From Gemmataceae bacterium (GTDB taxonomy: Bacteria; Planctomycetota; Planctomycetia; Gemmatales; Gemmataceae): a stretch of DNA of 64,000 nucleotides. The DNA is taken from contig SIAQ01000011.1 of assembly GCA_009697105.1 (NCBI GenBank), positions 1,551 to 65,550 on the forward strand, in the 5' to 3' direction. The position numbers and the translations under genes were made by a program. The notes under the pieces were generated by a model. It was not told the origin of the DNA, ran no database searches, and saw only the letters and a program-made list of their open reading frames with translations. Shown in pieces: positions 33,746-42,938 of this stretch; within the stretch, counting starts at the first letter, position 1; the number at the start of each line of letters is the position of its first letter.

Positions 33746-33971
33746 TCATGTTTTTCGCTTCATTGACTTCGCCTTTTTTACATCTGGATGGAGCGAATCT
33801 CTGTATTGTTTACCAAGCTTTATGATTTCGTCAAAGACCGGGTCATTTGCATGCCGACCGGTCCCCGTCATCCACCAAGGCAGAGGTTGCGGTTCGCCTT
33901 CGAGTTTTTTCTTTACCTCCGCCAACTTTCTCCAGTTCGGCGACACGCTTCGCAAGTTCGTTCAGTGACAT
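33746..33971 (-). pseudogene. Small coiled-coil/WW..DP.F..YR-type protein, apparently frameshifted
   Basis: The frame from ATG 33971 reads MSLNELAKRVAELEK and then runs to an early stop. The adjacent frame continues LAEVKKKLEGEPQPLPWWMTGTGRHANDPVFDEIIKLGKQYRDSL. The junction is at GAGAAAG, near 33925. Confidence 0.4.
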
Positions 33972-34048
33972 GGTAACTCCTTCCGGCATCGTAGGCGTTC
34001 GTGCAATTTCGTCCCAGTCAGCTATCCCGCGAACGCAAGACGCGATTC

Positions 34049-35515
34049 CTAATCCCTCAACTTGAAGCTCACGTATTTCGTCTCAAGATACGCCTCCAAC
34101 CCCTCGTGGCCCAGCTCGCGGCCGTAGCCGGATTCTTTCATGCCGCCGAACGGGCATTGCGGCGCCGCGGGGACAGGGTCGTTGATGCCGATGATGCCGG
34201 CTTCCAAACCATCGGCCATCTTCCAGGCGATCGTCAGGTCGTTCGTGAAGACGTACGCCGCCAGGCCGTAGCGGGTGTTGTTGGCGGCCGTGATGACCTC
34301 ATCAAGGTGCTTGAAGCCGAGCACTGGCATAACGGGAGCGAACGGTTCCTCGGTCATGATGCGTGCGTTCATTGGCAAGTCGCCGAGCACGGTCGGCTCG
34401 AAGAAGTAGCCTTTCTCGAATCGTGTCGAAGCCCCGCCGCCGGTGAGAACTTTGGCACCGCATTTCTTCGCGTCTTCGATCAGGCTGATCGTGCCATCCA
34501 TTGCGCGTTTCTCAAACATCGGGCCGATCTCGACGCCGGCGTCCAGACCGTTGCCCAGCTTGAGCTGCTTGGCGAATTCGACGGCGGCATCGGTGAATTT
34601 CTTCTGCACATCCTGATGCACGTAGAATCGGCTCGGCGCGATGCAGACCTGCCCGTTGTTGCGGAACTTGCCCATGACGGCCAGCTTCGCCCCGACTTCG
34701 GGATCGGCATCGGGGAAGACAATAAACGGTGCATGCCCGCCAAGCTCCAGGCTGATGCGTTTGACCTGATCGGCGGCCCCGCGCATCAGCTGCTTGCCGA
34801 CCTCGGTGGAGCCGGTGAAGCTGATCTTGCGGACAATCCTGTTTTCGAGGAACTCGTTGGCGATGTCTTGGGCCGGCCCTACGACCAGATTCGCCACACC
34901 TGCGGGCAGCCCAGCATCGATCATGCACTCGAACACTTGCACCAGGCACAACGGCGTTTGCGTGGCTGGCTTGCAAACGATTGTGCAACCCGCAGCCAGT
35001 GCCGGCGCGATCTTGCGAGCCTGCAACGTGATCGGGAAGTTCCAAGGGCTGATCGCCCCAACGACGCCGACCGGGTGCTTTAGCGTGACGTGTCGTTTGC
35101 CCGGAACCGAGTTCGGGATCATCTGCCCGTAAGCGCGTTTACCTTCCTCGGCGAACCACTCGAATGTGTCGGCGGAGTGCAGCACTTCGGCCTTGCCCTC
35201 GGCGAGCGGCTTGCCCTGCTCCATCGTCACCGTGCGAGCGATGGCGTCGGCGCGTTCGCGCATCAGGTCGGCGGTTTTCTTCAGAACCTTGGCGCGATCG
35301 TACGGCGTCAGCTTCATCCAGGCGGGCATCGCGCGACCGGCCGCCTCGACTGCTCGCTTGGTGTCCGCTCGGCTTCCGAACGCCATATCAACGATGACAT
35401 CTTCGGTAGCCGGGTTGATGATGCCGACGGTTTTGCCATCCTGAGCGGCACACCATTGGCCATCGATGTACATTTTTTTGGGTGTCGCCGTTGCGGTAGT
35501 GGTAGCGGTTGCCAT
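34049..35515 (-). CDS. NAD(P)-dependent aldehyde dehydrogenase, succinate-semialdehyde dehydrogenase-like
   Basis: ELGGHAP, the catalytic Cys region NNGQVCIAPSR, and the GSTEVG motif. Confidence 0.85.
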   Translation of the reverse strand: MATATTTATATPKKMYIDGQWCAAQDGKTVGIINPATEDVIVDMAFGSRADTKRAVEAAGRAMPAWMKLTPYDRAKVLKKTADLMRERADAIARTVTMEQGKPLAEGKAEVLHSADTFEWFAEEGKRAYGQMIPNSVPGKRHVTLKHPVGVVGAISPWNFPITLQARKIAPALAAGCTIVCKPATQTPLCLVQVFECMIDAGLPAGVANLVVGPAQDIANEFLENRIVRKISFTGSTEVGKQLMRGAADQVKRISLELGGHAPFIVFPDADPEVGAKLAVMGKFRNNGQVCIAPSRFYVHQDVQKKFTDAAVEFAKQLKLGNGLDAGVEIGPMFEKRAMDGTISLIEDAKKCGAKVLTGGGASTRFEKGYFFEPTVLGDLPMNARIMTEEPFAPVMPVLGFKHLDEVITAANNTRYGLAAYVFTNDLTIAWKMADGLEAGIIGINDPVPAAPQCPFGGMKESGYGRELGHEGLEAYLETKYVSFKLRD

Positions 35516-35568
35516 GGAATGCTCCTGCGAGGGTTTTTATGCGTGGATCGGTATTATATAAACGCAGC

Positions 35569-35657
35569 CAAGCCCCACCATGATCGTAGCGATTGGTCGG
35601 GGTGAAATGTGCGGGAGCTTCGACCCTCACCAATCGCTGCGCTCATGGTGGGGCTTG
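35569..35657. repeat. Family H element
   Basis: CAAGCCCCACCATGATCGTAGCGATTGGTCGGGG ... CCCTCACCAATCGCTGCGCTCATGGTGGGGCTTG. Confidence 0.85.
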
Positions 35658-35672
35658 GGGATTGAAGTGATG

Positions 35673-36101
35673 TCAGTTGCCGACCACGGTGCGTTGCAGT
35701 GTCTGCATCGTCTTGGCGCCGGTTCGTAGGGTCGATTCGCCGACGATACTGTTGGGATCGCGGATCGTGCCGCGGAAGTCCATGATTTTGTTGGCGGGGT
35801 TGGTAAGCCAATGTTCGAAGATCAGCGTGTCGCCTTCCAGTCGCCACATGCCGCGGTTTTTGTAATGAATCTTGCCGGTCGTTTTGTAGCTAATAGTCCC
35901 ATCGGGTTCAAAAGTGAAGGTGCGCGGGCTGGCGCTGTACTTCCCCAGCCACGCGGTGCCGCGCAGATCGAGGTTGATGGCCGGTTTCGCTACCTGTGGC
36001 GATTTCGGTGCGGGCGTATAAAGCGGCACAGCCGGTACGCCGCGACCGACGGACGCAGTCAGAGCGAGCAACAGGGCGGAGATCGAGATGATGCGAATCA
36101 T
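35673..36101 (-). CDS. Secreted hypothetical protein
   Basis: Signal peptide MIRIISISALLLALTASVG. 142 aa. No family recognised. Confidence 0.55.
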   Translation of the reverse strand: MIRIISISALLLALTASVGRGVPAVPLYTPAPKSPQVAKPAINLDLRGTAWLGKYSASPRTFTFEPDGTISYKTTGKIHYKNRGMWRLEGDTLIFEHWLTNPANKIMDFRGTIRDPNSIVGESTLRTGAKTMQTLQRTVVGN

Positions 36102-36123
36102 GGAATGCCCTCGGATTGCCAAT

Positions 36124-36498
36124 TTAGTCTTCTCGCGCCTTTAGCCACGTTGGAAGTGAGACCTCCAACTCTTGCGTGAATTTACTGCGAGGCCAAACGA
36201 TGTCGCAGCCGGCATCGCGTGCAGCCTGTAGCGTTGCGGTATCCACATGCGAACCATAACCGACGACGAACGGCGGCGGTTGCATCATGCGAAGTACGGA
36301 CGTCGCCCGGACGATATCCAAATCGCGGTTGTGTAAGTCTATAATAATGCAGCGAGGCATACTTTGGCGAGCGAAATCCAGCAGCGAATCGAGCGTTTTC
36401 GCAACCTTTATCACCGCCCCAGCCGCAGTCGCCGTGTTGGTTATTCGGCTCGCGAAGATGAGGTCGTCGCATAGCAGTAGGCCAGCGGGCTGGGTCAT
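36124..36498 (-). CDS. Stand-alone response-regulator receiver domain protein
   Basis: LLLCDD acidic pocket, IIIDL putative phospho-Asp, GYGSH, and a conserved Lys in WPRSKF. Start at ATG 36498. Confidence 0.65.
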   Translation of the reverse strand: MTQPAGLLLCDDLIFASRITNTATAAGAVIKVAKTLDSLLDFARQSMPRCIIIDLHNRDLDIVRATSVLRMMQPPPFVVGYGSHVDTATLQAARDAGCDIVWPRSKFTQELEVSLPTWLKARED

Positions 36499-36518
36499 GG
36501 TGTCGCCTTGAGTGATTT

Positions 36519-36584
36519 GTTTAGCCGTTCGCCTTTGGCGAGCGCGAATGCGACATCGCGCTCGCCAAAGGCGATCGGCTAAAC
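36519..36584. repeat. Family C element
   Basis: GTTTAGCCGTTCGCCTTTGGCGAGCGCG ... CGCGCTCGCCAAAGGCGATCGGCTAAAC, between the P-II gene and the receiver gene. Confidence 0.85.
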
Positions 36585-36586
36585 GG

Positions 36587-36934
36587 TCAGATCGCCTCGG
36601 GGCCGCGCTCGCCGGTACGGATGCGGATGCAATCCTCGAGCGGGATGACAAATATCTTGCCATCGCCGATGCGGCCTTCCGGTCCGGTGCGGCCTGCTTC
36701 CATGATGGCGTTGACGGTCGGTTCGACAAAGTCGTCGTTCACAGCAACCTGCAACTGCACCTTATGGAGAAGATTGACCGTCAGTTCATGCCCGCGATAA
36801 ACTTCGGAGTGGCCCTTCTGCCGACCGAAGCCACGGCAATCAAGCATCGTCAGGCGGAACACCTCGACTTTGTTGAGGGCTTCCTTGACCGCTTCAACTT
36901 TCGCCGGCTGTATGATTGCAATGATAAGCTTCAC
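36587..36934 (-). CDS. glnB: Nitrogen regulatory protein P-II
   Basis: KLIIAIIQP..V..V..AL, T-loop GFGRQKGHSEVYRG, and C-terminal GDGKIFV. GTG start. Confidence 0.85.
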   Translation of the reverse strand: MKLIIAIIQPAKVEAVKEALNKVEVFRLTMLDCRGFGRQKGHSEVYRGHELTVNLLHKVQLQVAVNDDFVEPTVNAIMEAGRTGPEGRIGDGKIFVIPLEDCIRIRTGERGPEAI

Positions 36935-37016
36935 GAAGGAGCACCTCAACAAGAGCCACGGGAGAGAGGTGGGTATTCTATGCAAGAAGTTGAGAATCAA
37001 GCAAAGGGAACAATTT

Positions 37017-37086
37017 CAAGCCCGCAGGCGACGAAGGAGCCTGCGGGGTTCGACCCGCGCAGGCTCCTCCGTCGCCTACGGGCTTG
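37017..37086. repeat. Single-copy long palindrome (CAAGCCCGCAGGCGACGAAGGAGCCTGCG ... CGCAGGCTCCTCCGTCGCCTACGGGCTTG)
   Basis: Inverted arms of about 29 nt between two same-strand genes. Confidence 0.75.
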
Positions 37087-37094
37087 AAACCATT

Positions 37095-39005
37095 TTACCG
37101 CTCCCACGTAACCGTCACGCCGGCGGCGCGTTCGGCGAGGCGTAGGCGGATGAAGCCGATGCGGTCCTGGCTCAATTCGGCGCGTTCGACCTGAACGCGA
37201 GGCAGCGATGCACGCATGCCGGCCTGGTAGTGCAAGCTGAGCACGACCTCGCCGTTTTCCGGAACGACGTTGCCCAGTACGATGTTGCGTCCGTCGCAGC
37301 CGAGGAAGTCGGCACTACCCTTGAGAGCGAACCCGGACGTGCGGTCGATGGCGAACAGCCAGCCCGTTTCGCCGTCTTTGAGTGCCTGTATCTTTTTCGT
37401 CGCGGGCCAATTCTCAAATCGCTGAATCACGACCGGCGACCAGGCGACGACCCAGCGGACGTTGTAGCGCCAACAATATTCAGCCAAATATTCGTTGGTC
37501 CAGGTTGCGATTGGTTGGCTATCAAGAGCTTGATTCATTAAACTGATCGACGAATGCTCCATGAATCCATCGGGATCAAGTCCGCCGATGTAACAGCGAT
37601 CCGTGAATACGGGCAACAGCGCCGACCAGCGGGACGCTTGGCGATTGCGAGTCCGATCCTCCCACAAAATGCGGGCGTCGTCGGTCGTGTGCTGGATCAG
37701 GGCATCGACGATTGCCTTGCGATCCGGTCCAAGCCCGATCTCAAGGGTGTCACATTGTTGCGTGCGATCCAGAATATTCGCGGGAAGATCGGTCCAAATG
37801 CCAAGTGAAGCTGCAGCGCTGACGAGGCCGGAAAGCAGAATCACTCGCCCGTAGGTACCCATCTGCCACAGCCATTCACCCAGGGATACCCAGGCTCGTG
37901 CCGCGAGAACGCAACCGAACCATAACGCCGGTGCGAAGAGGATCGACGTGCCGAGCACGCCCAGCGGTTCCCATGCCACGCCGAGCAATGCCAGGGCCAG
38001 TGAACCGGAGCAGCCAGCACTAAGCAATCGGGCGGCGACGCGCTCGTTCTTATGATTTAGAATGCCTGCGCCGACCAATGCACTTCCGAACAGGATGACC
38101 GCAAGAATGCGATTTTCGGCCCCGCCCCAAATCGGCGCCTCCCAAATCGTCTCGAACGTGCGGTGCTCAAGCAGATCGACCGCGCTGGGCAAAGGCGTTC
38201 GCAGCCACCACGAATCAACCCATTCGATCAGCCACGGTAGATTGACAACCACGGCGAAGATTTGCACGCACCAGAACGCGATATGCCAGGTCAAGAAGTC
38301 GTGCCTTGTGCCTACCGAGAGGTAGTAGATCAACAAAATAGGCAGCGCAAGTGGAAACAAAAGCGGTTGCAAGAACCACCCGATCGCGCCCGTGAGCAGC
38401 AAGCCGATCCACCCCGACACGCTGGCGTTTTTGTGAAAAGCGACCAACAACCCAGTATGCGCGAGGGCAGCCAACGACGCCAGGTATAGCCCGCAATCGC
38501 CTGTGAGAACCGACGATCGCCCATGTTGGCCCCACCAGACGAGTTCGCCAAGCAGTGTTGCCAGGAGCGTCGTTCCCACGCCAAACCCAAGCGATCGGCA
38601 CGCGACCATCAGAAAGATCGGCACCATCATACAGGTGATGACAAAACCGATTTTGTAGACGGCCGGTTGATAGGTTCCGCCGCCGAGGAGGAGAAACAAC
38701 TCACCGAGACGGGCACCGTCGAAGATGGGGGTTTTGGGATAACCGATTTGATAGCGGTGATCGTAGACCGTGCTCCGCCCATGCGTGACGATTGCTTTCG
38801 CGCCGACGGTTGCCAAGTAAAGATGCTGCCCATGAGTGCCGGACGTGATCGGCTGGGTGTTGGTGAGCCGCTCCAGCGGATCGTCGCCGAACAGCGCGAG
38901 CGTCAGCCAGCCATGCCAGACGATCAGCGCAGCGGCGCCGGTCAGCCAAGCCCATGTCGGCGGCGTCCATGCCGAGCCATCAGCGGGTGTTTCGGGACGT
39001 TCCAT
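37095..39005 (-). CDS. Large polytopic membrane protein with C-terminal soluble domain (function unknown)
   Basis: More than 10 predicted TM helices followed by a soluble region of about 230 aa. Start at ATG 39005 preferred. Confidence 0.65.
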   Translation of the reverse strand: MERPETPADGSAWTPPTWAWLTGAAALIVWHGWLTLALFGDDPLERLTNTQPITSGTHGQHLYLATVGAKAIVTHGRSTVYDHRYQIGYPKTPIFDGARLGELFLLLGGGTYQPAVYKIGFVITCMMVPIFLMVACRSLGFGVGTTLLATLLGELVWWGQHGRSSVLTGDCGLYLASLAALAHTGLLVAFHKNASVSGWIGLLLTGAIGWFLQPLLFPLALPILLIYYLSVGTRHDFLTWHIAFWCVQIFAVVVNLPWLIEWVDSWWLRTPLPSAVDLLEHRTFETIWEAPIWGGAENRILAVILFGSALVGAGILNHKNERVAARLLSAGCSGSLALALLGVAWEPLGVLGTSILFAPALWFGCVLAARAWVSLGEWLWQMGTYGRVILLSGLVSAAASLGIWTDLPANILDRTQQCDTLEIGLGPDRKAIVDALIQHTTDDARILWEDRTRNRQASRWSALLPVFTDRCYIGGLDPDGFMEHSSISLMNQALDSQPIATWTNEYLAEYCWRYNVRWVVAWSPVVIQRFENWPATKKIQALKDGETGWLFAIDRTSGFALKGSADFLGCDGRNIVLGNVVPENGEVVLSLHYQAGMRASLPRVQVERAELSQDRIGFIRLRLAERAAGVTVTWER

Positions 39006-39120
39006 CGTCACGGCATCGTAACGATTTAGCCGGCAGCGAACAAGATCGAACCACATGGCAAATCAGGCGAGCATGGCAGGCGGGGCGACTTAAGTGTAGG
39101 CATCACGCTGTGCGTGATGT

Positions 39121-40176
39121 CTACGGTGAAACGCGCAGCGCCGCCGCATTCGATCGCGCTGCCTCGCCGCGCGACGCCGGCGCTTGCCCCGGTAGTGTCC
39201 TTCGTGCACCGTCAGGCATACGTCCGCGCACGGCCTTCCATTCGGTCTCCGTGATCGGTGCCTCCGGTCGAAAGAATACGCTGTCGGGATCGGATTTCCA
39301 GATGCCCTTGATCGACAAGTTGTTCGCCGCCACAAAAGCAGGATGATCCGGCGCAAGGTCGTGGTAGGGCCAAATCAGCACGCCGGGGCCACCCACGCCT
39401 CGGATGAGAATTGTTTGCACTTCCGCTATGCGGGCCGTTGTTTTCGCAACATCGCGCGGCTGGATGCCGTGCTTCAGCGCCACGTAAGCGATGGTACCTG
39501 ACGCCTGGCCGCAGAGCATCATCTGCCCGTGCAATCGAATCGCGCTACTGACGATGCTGCTGACGCCAATGTTGCGCGACGCTCCGAGCAAACCATCGCG
39601 CTCGATCGGGATCAAGCCGCGTAGCGGAAACGTGCTGCGGTCGGTATGCGTGCTCCAGTTTCGCGTTACGGTATGGATCGTCGCCCACGACTTTGCCGGG
39701 TCGCCATCGAGAAACTGCCGGCGAGTCGGATGAAAATCGATGTTGAATTGAAAGCCAAATACGCCGTCGCTGGGCATTAGCTTCGCCCATTTCGGCTCTT
39801 TGTGTGGCGTACGGAGGTCTTGCTCACGAAGCATTGTCAGCGCCTCCAGGCGAAGCCCCTCGCGAAGGTACGGCTTGGGCGGCAGACGATCGGGCGTGCC
39901 GAACTCGTCCGTCAAACGCAGTCGGCGGAACATCAGCTCGATCGTTTGCAGGTGATGTGGCAGGCCCAGGAAATGTCGCTTGGCATCCGCGAGCACGATC
40001 TGTCGCTGTGCAGCGGAAAGCTCAACCAGGCAGTTCGCTTGCGTAAACACGATCATACGTCGCGATCGCCGTAGCACCGAGGCGCTCGGCAATCGCGCGA
40101 TATGCCACACGCCGATAACCATATCCGCGCCGAGAGCGTGGGACCTGTTCGAGCCAGTCGTATAGGTGAATCGCAC
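39121..40176 (-). CDS. FAD-dependent oxidoreductase family, C-terminal portion only (possible N-terminally truncated remnant)
   Basis: The C-terminal region GVSSIVSSAIRLHGQMMLCGQASGTIAYVALKHGIQPRDV resembles FAD_oxidored-type proteins. No GxGxxG is present. The 5' end overlaps the upstream ORF by 155 nt. Confidence 0.45.
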   Translation of the reverse strand: MRFTYTTGSNRSHALGADMVIGVWHIARLPSASVLRRSRRMIVFTQANCLVELSAAQRQIVLADAKRHFLGLPHHLQTIELMFRRLRLTDEFGTPDRLPPKPYLREGLRLEALTMLREQDLRTPHKEPKWAKLMPSDGVFGFQFNIDFHPTRRQFLDGDPAKSWATIHTVTRNWSTHTDRSTFPLRGLIPIERDGLLGASRNIGVSSIVSSAIRLHGQMMLCGQASGTIAYVALKHGIQPRDVAKTTARIAEVQTILIRGVGGPGVLIWPYHDLAPDHPAFVAANNLSIKGIWKSDPDSVFFRPEAPITETEWKAVRGRMPDGARRTLPGQAPASRGEAARSNAAALRVSP

Positions 40177-40576
40177 AGAGATCCGCGAAGTCAGCTTCGT
40201 CGAGTTTGACCTCGTCGCCGGTGAATCGATCGCGCATTGGATAGGGCGTGTGGCCTAACACCAGCGATGCGTCAAATGATGCCCGATCCATTGCACAATT
40301 CAAATAGGCAAGCCGCTCCGCGCGTTCGCCGATTAGCGTGCGAATCTCGTCGCGGCGTTCGAGCGGAAGTTGGAACCGTTGGAATTCCTCGGTGCCGTAG
40401 ATCGAATGGAACATGCCCGCTCGGCAAGCGTCAAATTCACAACTCGCATCGAGCATCAAGCGATGCACGGCGATGAGGTGGCCGAGATAGGATTTGCCCG
40501 TATGCGCCATGTCGGTGATGCCGAAGCCAATGAGGAAATCGGTCATCGATTTGTACGACAGATCAGTCATACGCAT
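40022..40576 (-). CDS. Hypothetical protein, HD-fold-like (DUF6817-like from memory)
   Basis: H..SYLGHL and AGMFHSIYGTEEF motifs. The family call is unverified. Confidence 0.5.
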   Translation of the reverse strand: MRMTDLSYKSMTDFLIGFGITDMAHTGKSYLGHLIAVHRLMLDASCEFDACRAGMFHSIYGTEEFQRFQLPLERRDEIRTLIGERAERLAYLNCAMDRASFDASLVLGHTPYPMRDRFTGDEVKLDEADFADLCAIHLYDWLEQVPRSRRGYGYRRVAYRAIAERLGATAIATYDRVYASELPG

Positions 40577-40725
40577 TCTCCCTGCCTGTCTACCTGGTCG
40601 CTTCGGGCGAGCGTAGCGGGCGTGTTGCGAAGCATTTCCACAATTCTACCGAAGAACGGGTTGTATGGGATTCCGACGCGATAGAATTTGTAAAGGCAAT
40701 CAATATCCACCCAGTATTCTGCTCA

Positions 40726-40757
40726 CGCCTTAGCGCTCGCGTTAGGTCACGAGCGGA
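40726..40757. repeat. Degenerate family D fragment (CGCCTTAGCGCTCGCGTTAGGTCACGAGCGGA)
   Basis: Contains the TTAGCGCTCG core and a short hairpin GCGCTCG/CGAGCG. Confidence 0.4.
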
Positions 40758-40776
40758 CACGAAAAATGGAACGACG

Positions 40777-41211
40777 ATGAAACCACAGCACAAAGCGATG
40801 ACCTGGGCCAGTTGGATCATTACCGTTTGGATCGTTGGCAGTCTGTGCGTCAGCGCCTTGCTGAAGCTGGCTAGTACGCCCGATTTTACGAAGCATTGGA
40901 TTGAAACGTTGGGCTATCATGAGCGTCTAACGGTTGCAATCGGCATCGTTGAGATTGCCTGCGCGATCATTTACGCGATTCCGCAATCGTCGATTCTCGG
41001 CGCCGTGCTGTTGACAGGCTACCTCGGCGGCGCGGTTGCGACGCATGTGCGCGTCGAGGACAATTTTACCGGTCCAGTCATCGGCGGCGTGCTCGTGTGG
41101 CTCGCGGTATTCCTGCGTGATCCGCGTGTGCGCGCATTGCTGCCGATTTGTCGATCGGCGGATTCGGGTCTGGATACGCTGGCCGCCAAGGGCAAGCTCA
41201 CACTGAAGTAA
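40777..41211 (+). CDS. DoxX-like membrane protein
   Basis: Four TM helices and the GYLGGAVATH motif typical of DoxX-like proteins. A TAGAAT box lies at 40682. Confidence 0.65.
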   Translation: MKPQHKAMTWASWIITVWIVGSLCVSALLKLASTPDFTKHWIETLGYHERLTVAIGIVEIACAIIYAIPQSSILGAVLLTGYLGGAVATHVRVEDNFTGPVIGGVLVWLAVFLRDPRVRALLPICRSADSGLDTLAAKGKLTLK

Positions 41212-41363
41212 AAACGCCGACCGCACGTACGATTCTTTGCGTGCGAGGAGGATGTTTCCTCCGCGTCGCCGGATGGGCCACTGTCCGACGCGATAGCATC
41301 AGGCGCGGAACCATTCTTCATCGTCGGCGCGATCGCATGCGGGTAGCACATCTCTGACAACCA

Positions 41364-42155
41364 CTATCGGGTCGTCACACGCAATTGTCGCTGCCAAAGC
41401 ATCAGTAGGATGAATCCCGCGCTGAGGCTGGCCACGAGGTGCTTGAGCGTGTGGCCACTGACAAATCCCACGCCGGCATAGACTTGGCGGTCGAGGATCT
41501 CCAGTCCTTTCGCCAAGCCGTAGCAGAGTAGCGACGCAAGTAGCCCGCCGGCGTGCGTGTAGCGCGGCGGATAGAAGCAGAGAAGCACCGGCAGGATGGC
41601 GAGCGGGTAAAACTGAGCGATGAAGTAGAGCCGCAAGTCGCCCGATCCGAGGCCCTCGGTGTAGTCCCAATAAAACACGCTGACGACGCCGAACAGCACC
41701 AGAGGCCAAAGCAACCAGCGAGCACAGCCGACATGCACGCGCTCGGCCAGGATTGTCGTGAACAGGGCCATGAATGTAATCGCCAACCCGGCTCGGTCCC
41801 AGCTGAGCGTGTCGTTGGTGGGATTAGCGTGATAGTACGACGAGCCGATCCCCGTCAGCACCAGGCCGACGAAAAACACCCAATACGCCATTCGCTCGGA
41901 CGAGTTGATGATGGCCTGCCCGTTACCAGCGCACGTCTTGAGCAAGAACGCGATGCCCATCACGCCGAACACAACGAATGGTAGATTCGACAGCACATTC
42001 AACGCGTGCGGCAAGCCGAGCATCAGGCGTTGGTCCGCGAAGTTGTGATAGGCAGTCGGCTGCGGCAGTGGACCCGTATTCACCCAGAACGTGCCAAGCA
42101 GCGCCGCACTGACGACGACCAGCATCACGATACGTAGGCGCAATGAATGCAACAT
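41364..42155 (-). CDS. Polytopic membrane protein, alkaline ceramidase-like
   Basis: Seven TM helices with SSYYHANPTNDTLSWDR and GHTLKH motifs. Family assigned from memory. Confidence 0.5.
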   Translation of the reverse strand: MLHSLRLRIVMLVVVSAALLGTFWVNTGPLPQPTAYHNFADQRLMLGLPHALNVLSNLPFVVFGVMGIAFLLKTCAGNGQAIINSSERMAYWVFFVGLVLTGIGSSYYHANPTNDTLSWDRAGLAITFMALFTTILAERVHVGCARWLLWPLVLFGVVSVFYWDYTEGLGSGDLRLYFIAQFYPLAILPVLLCFYPPRYTHAGGLLASLLCYGLAKGLEILDRQVYAGVGFVSGHTLKHLVASLSAGFILLMLWQRQLRVTTR

Positions 42156-42348
42156 GGAATCCTCCGCCGTGTGAATTCGTTTCGCGTTCGCGAAGATGTC
42201 ACAGACGTTGAGCTATGGAATTGAACCCGATAGGCGCGAATGCGAAGGTAGACGATTACGCAGCGGCGGCAATCTGCTTGGACGTGAACTGGCAAACGAT
42301 GAGGGAGTGAGGAAAACGAGAGAAGTGCGGAACTTCCAAAACTCGTTT

Positions 42349-42402
42349 CCGCTTGCGGCTTAGCGTTCGAATAGCACCAAGCGAGCGCTAAACCGCAAGC
42401 GG
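42349..42402. repeat. Family D element
   Basis: CCGCTTGCGGCTTAGCGTTCG ... CGAGCGCTAAACCGCAAGCGG. Confidence 0.8.
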
Positions 42403-42422
42403 AAAACATCTGTTGAAGAACG

Positions 42423-42875
42423 TTAGCGTTTCGAGAACTGGAAGCTGCGGCGAGCACCTTTGCGGCCGTACTTCTTGCGTTCTTTCATGCGGCCATCGCG
42501 AGTGAGGTAGCCCGAATCGCGGAGCTTTTTGACCATGCCGCCGGCGGGACCTTCTTCGCCCAGGCCTTCTTTTTCGGCGGTTTCGCTAAACATAGTTTTG
42601 AGCGCGCGAGCAACGCCTTGACAGATCGCGCCGGCTTGACCGGTGAAACCGCCGCCGTTGACGAGAATCCGGGCGTCGATTTTGTTCTGCATCTCGGTCA
42701 GCTGGAGTGCGGCCAATACGGCGTTGTGATCCTTGACTTCGGTGAAGTAGGACTCCAGCGTGCGCTTGTTGATGACGATCTTGCCTGTGCCATCGTACAG
42801 GCGAACGCGGGCGACCGCGGTTTTGCGCCGTCCCGTGCCGATGTATGCTTTTTTCTTGACTGCAGTTTCCGCCAC
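42423..42875 (-). CDS. rpsI: 30S ribosomal protein S9
   Basis: GTGRRKTAVARV, GGG.TGQAGA, and C-terminal RRSFQFSKR. Confidence 0.95.
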   Translation of the reverse strand: MAETAVKKKAYIGTGRRKTAVARVRLYDGTGKIVINKRTLESYFTEVKDHNAVLAALQLTEMQNKIDARILVNGGGFTGQAGAICQGVARALKTMFSETAEKEGLGEEGPAGGMVKKLRDSGYLTRDGRMKERKKYGRKGARRSFQFSKR

Positions 42876-42938
42876 GTTGAGGTCTCCGTATCGTCAGATG
42901 CCGGTGTTGATCGTTATCCAGCTATCCTGAGAGGAAAA

